This document shows, piece by piece, positions 39,485-52,384 of a stretch of 58,228 nt of DNA (within the stretch, counting starts at the first letter, position 1; each line of letters starts with the position of its first letter). Under the pieces are notes generated by a model that saw only the letters and a list, made by a program, of their open reading frames with translations, did no database searches and was not told where the DNA came from. This stretch comes from Paraglomus brasilianum (taxonomy: Eukaryota): positions 1 to 58,228 of the forward strand of contig CAJVPI010000085.1 of the NCBI GenBank assembly GCA_910592345.1. Direction: 5' to 3'. The position numbers and the translations under genes were made by a program.

Positions 39485-42400
39485 ATGCGCTTAAACAGAC
39501 GTTTATTTAGTGTTATCGGCTCTCTTCTGCTGATAGTGCTCTCAACTATATTAATATGTGAATGTGAGGCTGCAATTATGGCCATAGACTATGGTACGGA
39601 CTGGTTCAAAGTGGCCTTAATTAGACCGCAACACCCATTTGAAATCGTGTTGAATAATGACTCGAAAAGAAAGACACCATCGATATTAACCGTGCGTGGT
39701 GACGTGAGATCATATGGGCTCGATTCCTATGCTCTTGTATGTATAATAAGTTGAGGCTGACGAACAAGTCGTGTCTTACTAACAATGTAGTGGGTATGTT
39801 TTGTATGAGTTCTCACGTGATTTATCATGTCTATACATAGGGATTGCGGTATCCGTTAAACACTTATTTCAGCTTGAAGAAAGTCATTGGGAAAACCTTT
39901 GATGACGAAGATGCCAAGCAATATCGAGAAATGTTTGGCAATAAAATGATAGCAGATCCCATACGGAATACTGTTGCATTTCAACACAATGATACAATAG
40001 TCTTTAGTGTTGAAGAGCTAATAGCTATGCAATTCTCTCGTGCAAAAGCGCAAGCTGAAAATATAGCCGGGGAAACTATCAAGGATGTTGTCATAACGGT
40101 AAATACATATAATGATTGTGATAATGTGACTTTGATAGAGATCAATTGGCGCATTTTATCTAATATCTTGTTGTTTATATAATGTTAATTGCAATACAAG
40201 ATTCCTCCGTTCTTCAACCAATTTGAGCGACGAGCTATTCTAGATGCTGCTGATTTAGCTGATCTGAATGTGCTTGGTTTGATACATGATGAAACAGCTG
40301 GTGAGAAACTTTTATGACATGACATTATATTCCAATATTCAATGCCACTAGAATGTTATTACTACAATAATTCACATACTGAGTGACTTAATTCCACTTT
40401 GCAGTCGCCCTTAATTACATATCAACGCGTGCAAAATCGTTGACGGAACAACCTCAGTATTATATATATTATGACATGGGGGCTGGAAATACAGTCGCAA
40501 GCTTAATATCTTTCAAGCGAGCAGTCGTCAAAGATACCGGTCGATTTAATAAAACTGTGGTAGACTTGGAAGTTAAATCAATTGGATATGATCGAACGTT
40601 TGGTGGTCAGGCATTCGATATGAGGCTACGCAAATATCTGGCAACCGAATTTGAGAAGGCGTACCAGGACAAACTGACAACATCCGTATTTAGTTCACCG
40701 AGGGCAATGGTTAAGCTACTTAAGGAAGCCAACAGAGTAAAAAAGATCCTAAGTGCAAATAAAGCAACAGTGGCCTCGGTTAGTGGAAAGGAGTTTTGGT
40801 TAAACCTTGCGCGTGACCAATAGAGTAGCTTATAGACTTTTTTCGTGTATAGGTCGAAAACTTGCATGAAAACCATGATTTCCGTATTCGAATAACTAGA
40901 GAAGAATTCGAGTCATTAGTTGAAGATTTGTTGGACCGTGTAAATCAACCTATCGAAATTGCGTTGAGTAAAGCTCAAATGACATTGGTAAGTCAATAGA
41001 AATATTGTCATCTTGCTAATAGGAATCAGTATTTCTAATGTTCTGATCTTGTATTTAGGCAGATATTCAGTCTGTGATCTTGGTTGGGGGGGGTGTACGT
41101 ATCCCCGCCGTACGGAACGCGTTGAAAAACGCTGTAGGAGAGTAAGTTTCTTTATCGTTAATTTCTACCCTGTATTCAGTACCGTAAACCTAACTTGTGA
41201 ATTTTTTGCAGGGACAAAATCGCAAATAGTGTGAATGGAGACGAAGCTGCTGCTTTAGGTAATTGCATCTGTTTTCCTATTTGTATGTGATAGTATTATT
41301 GATTGTACCATTTTCGTATGATTAGGGGCTATTTTCCTAGCGGCATCGTATCAGAGCGGATTTAGAGGCCAAGAGGTTAGAATTAAAGATGTCACTCCGT
41401 ATGCGATTGAAGTTGACTATCTATCAGAACCAAAAGAAATTCCCGATGGTACGAATATGTTTCGCCTCTCAGCACAGTCAAAGCTTGATAAGCCGATAAC
41501 TTTGTATGCTTAAACATCATATCCTTAGTGCTTCAGCTTAATAAGAATTAACTTGTAAGTTCACATACCCGAGGGGACAATCAAAACAAGTCATTTTGAA
41601 TAGACATTGACTTTTTCCTTTGTCACAGCATTGGCTTATCAAGCTTTGACGGTACGATCTTCGACGACTGTACGTACGTATTACATTTACTAGTTCAGGT
41701 ACTTACTTGTTTTATGTCCAACACATTGCTTTTATCATTCAGGTCCACCACAAAGCAAAGCCTTTCATCAATTACTATTCAAAGACCTATCGTCTTTGAA
41801 CGTTCGTAAATTGATGAACTTCAAGCGAACGAGCGATTTTGATTTTACAGTGAAATACAGCCAGGCTCCTGATAGTGAGACGAATGTCAACCCTGCGGAA
41901 ATTGCATTGGCCAAAATCTCTGGATTAGCCGAAGCAATAACACAGTTCAAAGACGTGAATGCCGACAAGCGTAAAGTTAGAGTTGGGATACAGTTATCAG
42001 ACTCTGGTTTGGTTACTGTCGGTGAGGCCGTTGCTGAAGTTGAAGTTGAGCCCTCATTAACCGGTAAATTCTCTATTGTGTTTGTTTTAGATTACAGATA
42101 GTGCTTTAATGTCTCTTTAATGATGTTGATAATATTATTAGATAAATTTAAATCATTTTTTGGAATACATTCTAATGACACAGACGAAACAGTGAAAGAA
42201 GTTCCCAATCCCGAGGTAGACTATAATTGATATCAGCAAATAACCTTGCTATGCGATAGAACTCATCTCTGTATAATTCTAGGAGGGTGCGAATGATTCT
42301 AACGATACGACCGAAAACTCAACTGCATCTTCGAATACATCCGAGGCGCAGGAAGCTGCTCAGACGAAATTAGAGTCAATAAGCCTAAAAGTAGACGTTG

Positions 42401-43363
42401 AATATATTGGTATTCCACCTATGGGTGAGGATGAAAAGCAATCAATTATTACCAGGTAAGCCAACAGGATTAAATCACAGTATCACTGTAAACACGTAAA
42501 TGGTAGATGATTAATTTATTGTCTGTTTTTTTATGCTACTTGATTCATTTTGAATCTTTACCAAAAAGACTTCGCCTTATGGATAAAGCCGATGAATTGC
42601 GTAGAACACGTGAGGAAGCTAGAAATAACCTCGAGGCATTTACATACAGTCTTCAAAATTTCCTATACGATGATGTTGTTATTCAAGTGAGTAATGACGA
42701 ACAGAGAAATGAATTGGGAGCGAAGCTGTCGAGGATATCTGACTGGTTATATGAGGATGGCGAGACAGCACCCACAGAAGAGTTAAAATCACGACTTGCA
42801 GACCTTCAGTGAGTAATAACGCGTTGTTTTTTTTCCATGATGGACGAGTTAAGCATTTTTATTCACAACCAATCTCTTCTATAATCAGAGCGCTTGAAAA
42901 ACCAATAGCAATGAGAAGAACAGAGTTGTTAGAAAGACCAAAGGTAGTAGAATTCGTCAAAGGCTTAATCAAAGCAGCCCGTGATCTCGTCACAAAGATA
43001 ACCGACTTAAGTGCAGATGAACGTTATCACACCGATGAAGAGCTTCAGGAACTTATCCAGCTCTGTGATAGCACTGAGGAGCATCTCAATCATAGACTTG
43101 CTAAGCAGTCCGAGATTCCAACATGGGATGAGCCTATTATAACTGTGGCCGAAATAAAATACATGCAGCATGATGTAGAACGTGGAATCAAGGCATTGTT
43201 GGAAAAAAAGCCGCCAACGAAGCCCAAGGCACAAACAACCACGACGGCTTCACCAGACGAGGATTCATCTAAGGAGTCGGAAAGTTCATCAGCTACACAG
43301 GAAGAAACCGTGCCCACTGAAACACAAAGTTCACCAGCCCCAGATCCACACGAAGAGCTCTAA
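39485..43363 (+). CDS. LHS1: ER lumenal Hsp70-family chaperone/nucleotide exchange factor (Lhs1/Grp170/HYOU1), multi-exon
   Basis: Signal peptide, then [83 protein letters not shown] and DWLYEDG. C-terminal ER-retention signal HEEL. Confidence 0.95.
41475..41652. mobile_element. pogo/Tc1-type MITE inside an LHS1 intron (41449-41742)
   Basis: Perfect 18-bp inverted repeat gtcaaagcttgataagcc (41477-41494) / ggcttatcaagctttgac (41633-41650). The CAGTCAAA-type end is pogo-like. TA flanks the right side and CA the left. The host intron is ~294 nt versus ~60-115 nt for its neighbours. Confidence 0.65.
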
Positions 43364-43532
43364 TGTTGTCTTTACGAGTAACGTGCTATAGATATCAGTT
43401 ATATTAATTGCTGATAATATAGACAATAGAATTAATAAATTACTGATTAAATGTCAGTTTCAAATTTACTTTTGTCATCATAAACTGTCTAATTTTGTTC
43501 TTATAATATAATCTATTGGTATAAAGTAGCCT

Positions 43533-45225
43533 TCATCCATCAACTTGCTCATTCTTATCCAATTTGGTAAGAGCCCCCAACATGGTAGGTGGCAAAGTTG
43601 TTATAGGGGGCAAGAGTTTTGTTGCAGTGTGGCGAGCCTGTTGGATCAATACAGCACTGAAAGAGACGCAAGAAAGAGTTTAGGATATATGCCAATATAA
43701 ACTCGTTATAGTTCATTGCACTAGCTTGGCCGCATACTTACTCCATAAGCACCAACGATGCCATTGCTTCAACAATTGGCACTGCCCTTGGCAGTACACA
43801 CGGATCATGTCTACCACGAGCGGCAAGAACACCGTCTGTACCATCATAAGTGGCTGTTTTTTGTGGTTGAGATATTGTAGCCGGTGGTTTAAATGCTACT
43901 CTAAAATATATATGTTCTCCATTGGTGATACCGCCCTGCCGCAACGATGAGTGACTTCAGCACTAATTCATTAATCAAATATGTGATACATAATCTCTGT
44001 CAACTCACCTGAATACCGCCGGAACGGTTTGTCTTTGTTCCCAATTTTCCGTTTGTTCCCATTACCCACGGGTCATTGTGCTGATGCCCAAACAGAGTGG
44101 TGCCTCGGAACCCGCTACCGATCTCAAATCCTTTGGTAGATGGGAGAGAGAGCATACCATGCGCTAGCATAGCCTCTAATTTATCAAAGCATGGTTCCCC
44201 AAGCCCAGGCGGAACATTACGAACAACACATGTTATTGTCCCACCAACCGAATCACTCTTACTTTTCGCTTCAAGAATACGCTGTTCATCAAAGAGTTAA
44301 TGAAAAGATTTGAGCGCGTTAAAGTCGTTAAGCATTGTAAATGTAATGCAAGGCTGACCTTGCTCAAGTATGTAGAATGTTAATAGATCAATATTCAACT
44401 ATCGGTCATACCTCTCTCATTCTCTCAGAAACATCTTTGTCAGGACACCTTACAATATGCTGATCAACATCATCGCGCGTAACAGTATTCAAAAGCTGCA
44501 TGAAATCGTCAGAGAACAAGTCTTCATCGTCACTCTCAAGAAACGGCATTTTCACGCTTGAGACTGAAGATACGAAAGCAACTATTTCTACTCCGTAAGC
44601 CATATGCAAGTATTTTTCGGCAATAGTACCAGCAGCCACGCGACCTAAATAAGAAAGAGAATATGGCCATGATTTGTCAGTAAATACAGTTTTTACATCT
44701 ATCAGATGTATAAATACTATGAAAAAGTCACTACCGATTGTTTCCCTGGCAGACGCTCTCCCGCCTCCGCTGCTAGCTTTTACTCCATATTTCAGCAGAT
44801 AAGTCCAATCAGCATGGCTTGGTCTTGGATAGAAATCAGTTTCAGTATAATCGTGCGGTCGTTGATCTTGGTTAGGAACCGATAAACCGATTGGAGTACC
44901 CAGCGTTACGCCGAATTCTGTTCCTGATTGTATCGTCACTTGATCCTTTTCGTCGCGCTAGCTTACGAGGAACGGAAAAGTCGTAATATCACAAAATACT
45001 TTGTGCAAGGACGAAAATCCTGCTTTCCTAATAGACGAATTTTAACATTAAACTTACCGGTGTTGTTAAGTTACTTTGTCCAGGTCGCCTTCTGTTCAAC
45101 TGTTTCTGAATATCACTTTCAACCAGTGGTAGTCCTGGTGGACATCCGTCTACTATGCACCCAACAGACTTGCAATGCGATTCACCGTAAGTGGTCACGC
45201 GAAACAAAGTCCCAAATCTACTCAT
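43533..45225 (-). CDS. ARO2: Chorismate synthase, multi-exon
   Basis: Motifs: [93 protein letters not shown]. The last exon ends NEQVDG, with its stop at 43533-43535. Confidence 0.96.
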
Positions 45226-45842
45226 GCTTAGTTGTCTTTATTTCTTTTGTAAGACTTGGAGACTTTGGAATTGTATTGATTAATATTAGTAATAGGGCCC
45301 AAAATTATTATTTTGATTTATTAACTGAAAGATGTGATGTTAAGATAATCAAGTTTATAAATTTTTATATGTTTATACTATATTCCCAGTTTACAAGTAA
45401 ATAAGGAGAAATAGAAATCAGTATTCCGACTAACTGACTTCCAAATCTGGGATGGTTTAGAAATTTACTGACCGGATTTAAAAGAAATAAAACTTTCACT
45501 AACGACTGTCTATTAAACGTGTCAAGAATGTAAACTGTGCTGGTAGCAGTAAGCTTGAGAATGCTAACGCTTGGGGAGAGATCTCGTTTAAGGTCGACTC
45601 CGCTTTAAATTGAGCAAGCATGGATAGTGTTACGTCCAAGTCACTAACTACGAGCAGAGTTCGGATGTTCATCGACTTTATTACATTTTACAACTCATAA
45701 ATACGGGATTCTTACCAACTTATTGTCAAATCTCAGACATGAGTGGAGCTCTAGCGCATGTATATTAATACAGGTTCTATCCCTCGGATAGCAATTCCGA
45801 AATTGAGAATCAATATCCACTGTTTATTAACTTGATCACTAC

Positions 45843-48800
45843 TCACCTACCAAAAAGACCTCTAGCCACATTATCCCTTATGTCCTTGTTGAGCCTTTGA
45901 AGGCCATCGTCCACAACCTCTTTCGTCTCTCGCTGCAAAGTCCAGCCATTATCTTTCGTCAGATTTTCGACAATGAACAATAAAAAAATATAGATCTGTT
46001 CTTCCGATCGTGGAAGGCTACCGAGGCGAGCCAGCGTTGTGGACGTCGTATGGAAGACAAGCACGAGTAGTGTTATCGACGATGATGTTGATAACATTTT
46101 CTCGAAGGAGAGTCAGCATTAGAATGAAACACAAAGTAGAAAATGAATCATAAAATAAAGGAAATGCCATGTCAGGAATACCTTGACAGATTTGATAATG
46201 TTTTGAGTAATGTACAAATCATTCATAGAATGTCTCTGAAGCATGTTATGTGTTCCACCACCAGCAGCAAGAGTAGATAAACCTGAGAGGATATTTATCA
46301 TGCTGAATCTGATACATGCAAGCGAGAGGCGATCTAGTAATTGAACACTTGTTAGCAGTAGGACTGCTGATTGCTTTCTAATCAACTCTTTTCTCACCTT
46401 GTACTTCTAGCTCTCCAACGAGAACTCCACAATTGCTGACTAGATCGCTGGCTGACAGTAAACCATATCCTATAAGAGTCTTTACCAGCTGTGTCAATAA
46501 TCGTATAGCCTCAGACTCCGTACTCGTATCCAATATTGAACAAAATGCTACTGGTGCAAGTTTGAGGAAATTTCTTCGTTTGACCGAGAAATCTGATGGC
46601 GATTTTACTAATGCCTGAAATTTAAATATAAATGTTAATGAGGCTGCGCTCAGAATAATTGCACATGCAACTATTCTTGTCTTATTCTTCTACCACCTCA
46701 CAGAATTTCGTACACCATGTATCCTCTATTCGACAAGCCTCCAGAAACAACATTATCTTGCTGATAATGGAGTGGAATTCACTTCCCGTAGCAGTAAACT
46801 CCTCGGATGACAGCGACAGAAAGTCATACAACGGTTTGGGTATTGGTGGTGGGATGAGTTTGAAGTTAAATGTTTTGCTCAAGAGGTCGAATAAGGAATA
46901 CAAGCGGAGATGAAATGACCATGCTGAACAGGTTAGTAAAACATGCGAAAGTGTACATAATAACAAAGTTATCTGCAGAAACTTACACAGACACGAAGAC
47001 TCTTCGTAGAATTCGCGCATTGATGTTTCATTTGCATTAATGTCATCTAGCGACGGGGCATTAAAAGTTTAATTGGCGATCAAAAATTCGTCCAGTGATA
47101 TTTCACATAAAACTCACCTTGGCTCCAACGTTTCTCGGTTTCAAACGCCACTTTTATCTGTGCGATAATAAAGTCTAGCGCTCTTTCAACATTCTCGATG
47201 ACACTCAATGCACTGACGCTTTTAGATCTCGCGCTTAATATCCTTCCAAGCAATATCAGCATCAAGAATGGCTTAGTTTTCCATAACCATGTCTTCTCCT
47301 CGGTCGTGTTATTTATGATTCCCACTAGGACTCCAATCACAACGGGTAAATTCTGTGTATTTGTCTCTAATTCCGGGATTACAATATCTCTAATGGCTTC
47401 CGACTTTGATATTAGTTCTGATGAGATCGACCCAAGAATAAATGTGATAAGATTCTTTCTTTCTTGGTCAGAGAGTATGACTATATTCAATTTTATCTTC
47501 TGTAAACGATTCTGCAACACTGCTATTAGAAGTGTGGGAGACGTTGAATGGGATTTGTAGGATGTAATGGATGCTAATGTTTGAGATATCAGATGTATAA
47601 TGACGGATGATTGGCCTTTGTTCCTAGTTGCTTCCATTACAAGTAGATCGAGCGTTTGATATGGAGATATGAGAGAAAGCTATACGTGATAATATACCCA
47701 CGCATATCAACAAGCAATGGGTTAGCAACGGTCATTGAGCATAACTTCCATATACCATATATTACCTCCATAACTGCCTCGAGTATTTCGCTATCTTCAT
47801 CGTCTCCTGCTACCAACTGATTACATACGACTCTACCTCGTCTCTCAAAATCATAATCCCATAAATCCCAATTACCAAAAGTTGGAAAAGTTATGTCTAG
47901 TGCCTTTTCCCTGTTAGAGACCACATAATCTCTTAAAATTTGTTGTTGATGAATCGTAAGATTGGAAAATAATTTCAGGAATAAAGCGGTCGTATTCTAC
48001 AAAAGCGACGTATCAAGATGTTTGTAATATGTCAGAAGTAATCAGTCAGTGACGGACAACATACCTTTATCGTATCATTCGATATCTTAGAGGGATTAGA
48101 CCGATATGATTTTGAAAGCCGATCTATACTTTTGTATAAATCAAGGCTAAGTCCCTGTTCGATCATCAAAGATAGAAAATGATCAGAGTCAAAGTCACTC
48201 CTCCTGTCATTCGGATATTAGATAATCAGCATTAATGTATCGACACACAAAATGTGTAAAGCGGAGTATGTGCGTATTACCCGCGAACGTGTCAAGTGCT
48301 TACCCAACAAACATCCAGACAAAATCGACAACTACTTTCAGAAATGTCATACATCCCATTCGACGATGTTTAATGCAGTCGAGAAGCCACGATACGCATT
48401 CCTCGGTGTCTTCAAATGATATTCTAATACCATCCAAGAGCATTGGAAGTGATTTATGAATATCAAGATTCGAATGAATTTTTCTTGTAATTTGCACAAG
48501 AGGGTGGAGCTTTCGAACGCCAGTTGCCAAGCGAGGTGATGGCAACTGAGAGGCGTCTGCTTCGAGACTAATCAGGCCAAGAGGGTAAGTTAAATGCGAC
48601 TTTGTGCGCGCACGACAAAGGACTAAAGCGGGTCATAATACCATCGAGAAATGCGTTCCTGTCGCGTCTTTAACAATAATCTTGATATCAGAATATATTA
48701 ACATATTTGTGAAAAAGTACAATACGATAATTCAACCTTTCGTGTAGTTCGATTTGGCTTATTTCTCATCCATTCCTCGTACGTAAGTAACCTTTTGACT

Positions 48801-50180
48801 TCATTCTCGGTTTTCAGCTCGTCGAACACGCCTAACGGTTTTAAGCCATCCGAGATATTAACAAGGCTCTGCTAATATTCTGCTTTCTTAAAACATTAGC
48901 ATAAAATCATTTGACTCACTTATTTCTCTTATTGCACGAATAAATCTTGTCATTGATCCCTCCATAGCTACACTGAAATAACCTTGGGCCTGGTTATCAG
49001 AAGTAAACACATCGAGCATTGAATGAACCAACGAAAGTGTTTCTAAAAGGAATTTCTTGAAAAAGCTTCCGTAGGGTAAGAGTAAGCCGAATTAGCGTAC
49101 ATCTGTTGGTACTGCTAAGTAAGGATCGTAAGCATACCTAGGAGAAGAGAGTATTCGATATCTTTCAGCCCATCGTTCGCGTTGTGATGCGGTGTATAGA
49201 TAACGTCGAGGTTCACTGTCAGAATGCACAGCCCATCCAACAACATGGTCGTCTGATTCCTTCAATGCCTTTATCATAGAATCCGAACTTATGCTGTTGT
49301 TGCTAAATATTCCTTCAAAGACTTTTACTGTTTCATCAAAAACTGAAATTTGAGTCCTTGGGTCTTCATATAATGATAATAATACAAGTTAGGTTTATAT
49401 GTTCGCATGAGTGGAACTATTCCTTCTCCTCTACTCACTATTACCAGATATGTTGCTCCCATAGCGTCTCCACATGTCCTTGAGAAATGTCAAAGTGTCG
49501 GCTTTAGGCTGATCCTTGACAATGTTAAGAATTGGAACATGCACATGGACTAAGAATTGTGGCGTGCATTCGAGTATAACTGACGAATACCTAATTACAA
49601 CCTTTAAACCGATTCATCAATGATACATAATCAGAGACAAACTAATGATAATTAATTCTTGAGATACCTCGTTTGGGAGTCCGTATAGGGCTTTTTTGAA
49701 TTGATAGCTCAAATCAAGTGACTCTATAAGAGACACATAGAACTCTGTAGACATAAGCTTTAACGCGTTCGGAAAGGCATGGTAATCTACGGCTATGATT
49801 AATCAACAAGTAAGGTTCCGAGTATTATATGACTAATAAATTGAGTGCTATTTATATTCACTAACAGTTTTGTGGTGATTGATTCAATTGCCAACATCGC
49901 GAGAGCAAAGCATGAAGCACAAAGCGATTCTTGTCCAATACTGGATCGTCATCGAGCAAATGAGATAGGGCCTTGCTTATCAACGCACATCGTTCACTGT
50001 TATTTAATCAATGGATATTAGTAATATGCGCATAAAATCCTGTTACTACATCATCCTACCTTTTTGTGAAAGTTCGATTTTCACGGGATTCTCTGATAGC
50101 CAAAGACGCAAATGCGCAATCAATATCACACTGCGAAAGAAAATTATTATTAAAATTAACAAATTTTGAATTTGATCCAT
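45843..50180 (-). CDS. Large alpha-helical protein, putative GEMIN4 (SMN complex) homologue, multi-exon; start and last exon uncertain
   Basis: Many GT-AG exons join in frame. Blocks resembling human GEMIN4 (recalled from memory) occur in the same order: [102 protein letters not shown]...IPKPLYDFLSLSSEEFT. Confidence 0.7.
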
Positions 50181-50922
50181 CGTAACGAAATGACCACAAA
50201 ACCGAGACTTTACGTAGATAGCATTAATATCCACAGCCATCTTAGTAGTTCAATAGAATTAAGTGGAACTCTTATACAGCTATGTAGATACGAAAAATAT
50301 GCTCGCTTTGAGTGGTAAACGTTGACACAAAGCGTGAGAGTCAATTATTTATTTCTACTATGATGATACTATGCTCTGCGTTTTGGAGAGGGATGATTCT
50401 GATTGGTTTCATGTGATATTGAAATTTGTCCCTAATACTAATACCTTTGAGCTCATATTTTACTCTATATTGGCAGTTAGAGTCATCAAAAGACTTTATT
50501 TAGTATTCGATCCTGCAAATCAAAATCGCGTGACTATGCCTAAGCGATTTAATAAATCGTTTGATACTAGACGTTGGGAAATGAACGGCTTAGGCATTCT
50601 TCGCTGTAAATGCATTGGGCACTGTGAAGCTCAAGCCCTTGTTTATGAATCGTGATGAAATCTACATTTCTTTTATGGGATAGATATTAAGAAATTATTA
50701 TTGGAATAAGACTGCATGAATGCAAGTCTCCATCTGGTCGGATTATTTGAAAGACTAAACGCTCTCACGCGTCAGGATTCATCCCAACATCTGCAACCAT
50801 GTGGTGCTGGCATAATTAAGTCTTTTAAGGCGATCTAAATTTATTTACATACACTGCGTTACGAAAAAAATGAGATGAATTTAAACCGTCCGTGTTCTGC
50901 TCCACGTTTGTACAGATATATA

Positions 50923-51078
50923 CATAGTGAAATTCACTCTAGCGAAGACATGTTCCACGGTTTTGCTTCGTTAACCTGAAAGTTTGCTTAAGTAAACTGT
51001 TTTTAATATGGAGTATATGAATCCGTTCTGGAAAAAACTTCGTTAAAGTGAGACTTCGTTAAAGTGAATTTCACTGTG
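50923..51078. mobile_element. 156-bp pogo/Tc1-type MITE with ~25-bp TIRs and TA flanks
   Basis: TA|catagtgaaattcactctagcgaag ... cttcgttaaagtgaatttcactgtg|TA. Internal 16-bp tandem duplication of acttcgttaaagtg near 51037-51066. Confidence 0.8.
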
Positions 51079-51083
51079 TATAT

Positions 51084-51563
51084 GATACACCCCCGCCAAA
51101 AATATAAATACAATACAAGATTTTTACTAGTAAAGCATATGAAAAATTGAAATTTTCAAGTCGCTATTTTTTTTTTTAACTAAGTACCAATAAAATTCAT
51201 ATCATTGTAAAGCTAAATGATTGTAGTTTTACTTGAGAGATATCAGCAATTTTAAAATATTAACGATTGTCGTATATACCCCGCCAAAAGTATAAATACG
51301 ATTACGTCGATCATTTGATATTTAATCAAGCAAGTAAAGCCTTCGTCTCCTCCTCACACTGCAACAGTAATATCTTAAAATTGTTGATATCTTTCAATTA
51401 AAACTATAATCACTTAGCTTTACAATTATATAGATTTTATTGGTATGTACGTACTTGTTTAAAAAAAATATGGAGAATTAGCGACATGAAATTTTCGATT
51501 TTTCATATGTTTTACTAGTAAAATCTTGCATCGTATTTATACTTTTGGCAGGGGGGGTGTATC
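51084..51563. mobile_element. Foldback-type MITE with ~180-195 bp imperfect TIRs
   Basis: gatacacccccgccaaaaatataaatacaatacaagatttttactagtaaagcatatgaaaaattg... (51084-~51262) is the reverse complement of ~51367-51563. An extra copy of the terminal motif lies at ~51274-51301. No target-site duplication recognised. Confidence 0.88.
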
Positions 51564-52384
51564 TTTTGCCTACTGCACAATTACTTATGGCAAAAACTGG
51601 CGTCTGCACAAGACATTAGTTAATGACATCCAACACCCTCAAGAAAATGCCCGAAAGAAAACCATCAATACATGGATCGTTGAATTAGGATATTGTGTTA
51701 TGAAGGGGAGATTTAACAGGCTTCAAAAGGGGTTGTATGGTTTATTATGAGCTCACAATAATAATAGGCACCATTTTCGACGAATCTGTACCATTGCATG
51801 TCAACCCGGCCTTCCAGACCGAGAACATGTGGCAAATCTAGATCAAGGTTAAATTAAAATGCTGAATGTCGAAAAGATCGCAAACTGGTGGTGAGAGTAT
51901 TAATTATATGAAATCTAAATTTTGTTTGTCAGTATGACCATCTCACTATCAAGATTAGCTTTTCGATTAAATTAATGATGTCATATTAATATTACATAAA
52001 TATTATCCCTTATTTCAATGTCATTTAATAAATCTTTTTAAAATTATTTCTGTAACCGTAAATTGACAGACTGTGTTACTTTGGTGGACATATTTGGTGG
52101 GGATAAGCACGATTTTCGGCCACACAACGATTAAGGAAAAATCATGTGACTGCCTGCCTTACTACCACTATTGGCAAGCAAGTAACATTTAATCCCTGTT
52201 ACAACGACGACGCCAAGATAACATTACTACGTTGTACATAGCCATATACAGTATTTTCAATGTACCACGAATAATTTGTTCATATTCAACGAAAAACGAA
52301 GCGGTCAACCTGGCTACACCATCATTGAATCGCCGAAAGGGGCACCAAATATAATTTTCAGACTATTTACGTAAAATATTAAGT

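Noticed and set aside
43363..43533. LHS1/ARO2 convergent ends as an antisense pair
   Set aside because: The ~170-bp AT-rich gap can hold two short 3' UTRs, which is ordinary for compact fungal loci.
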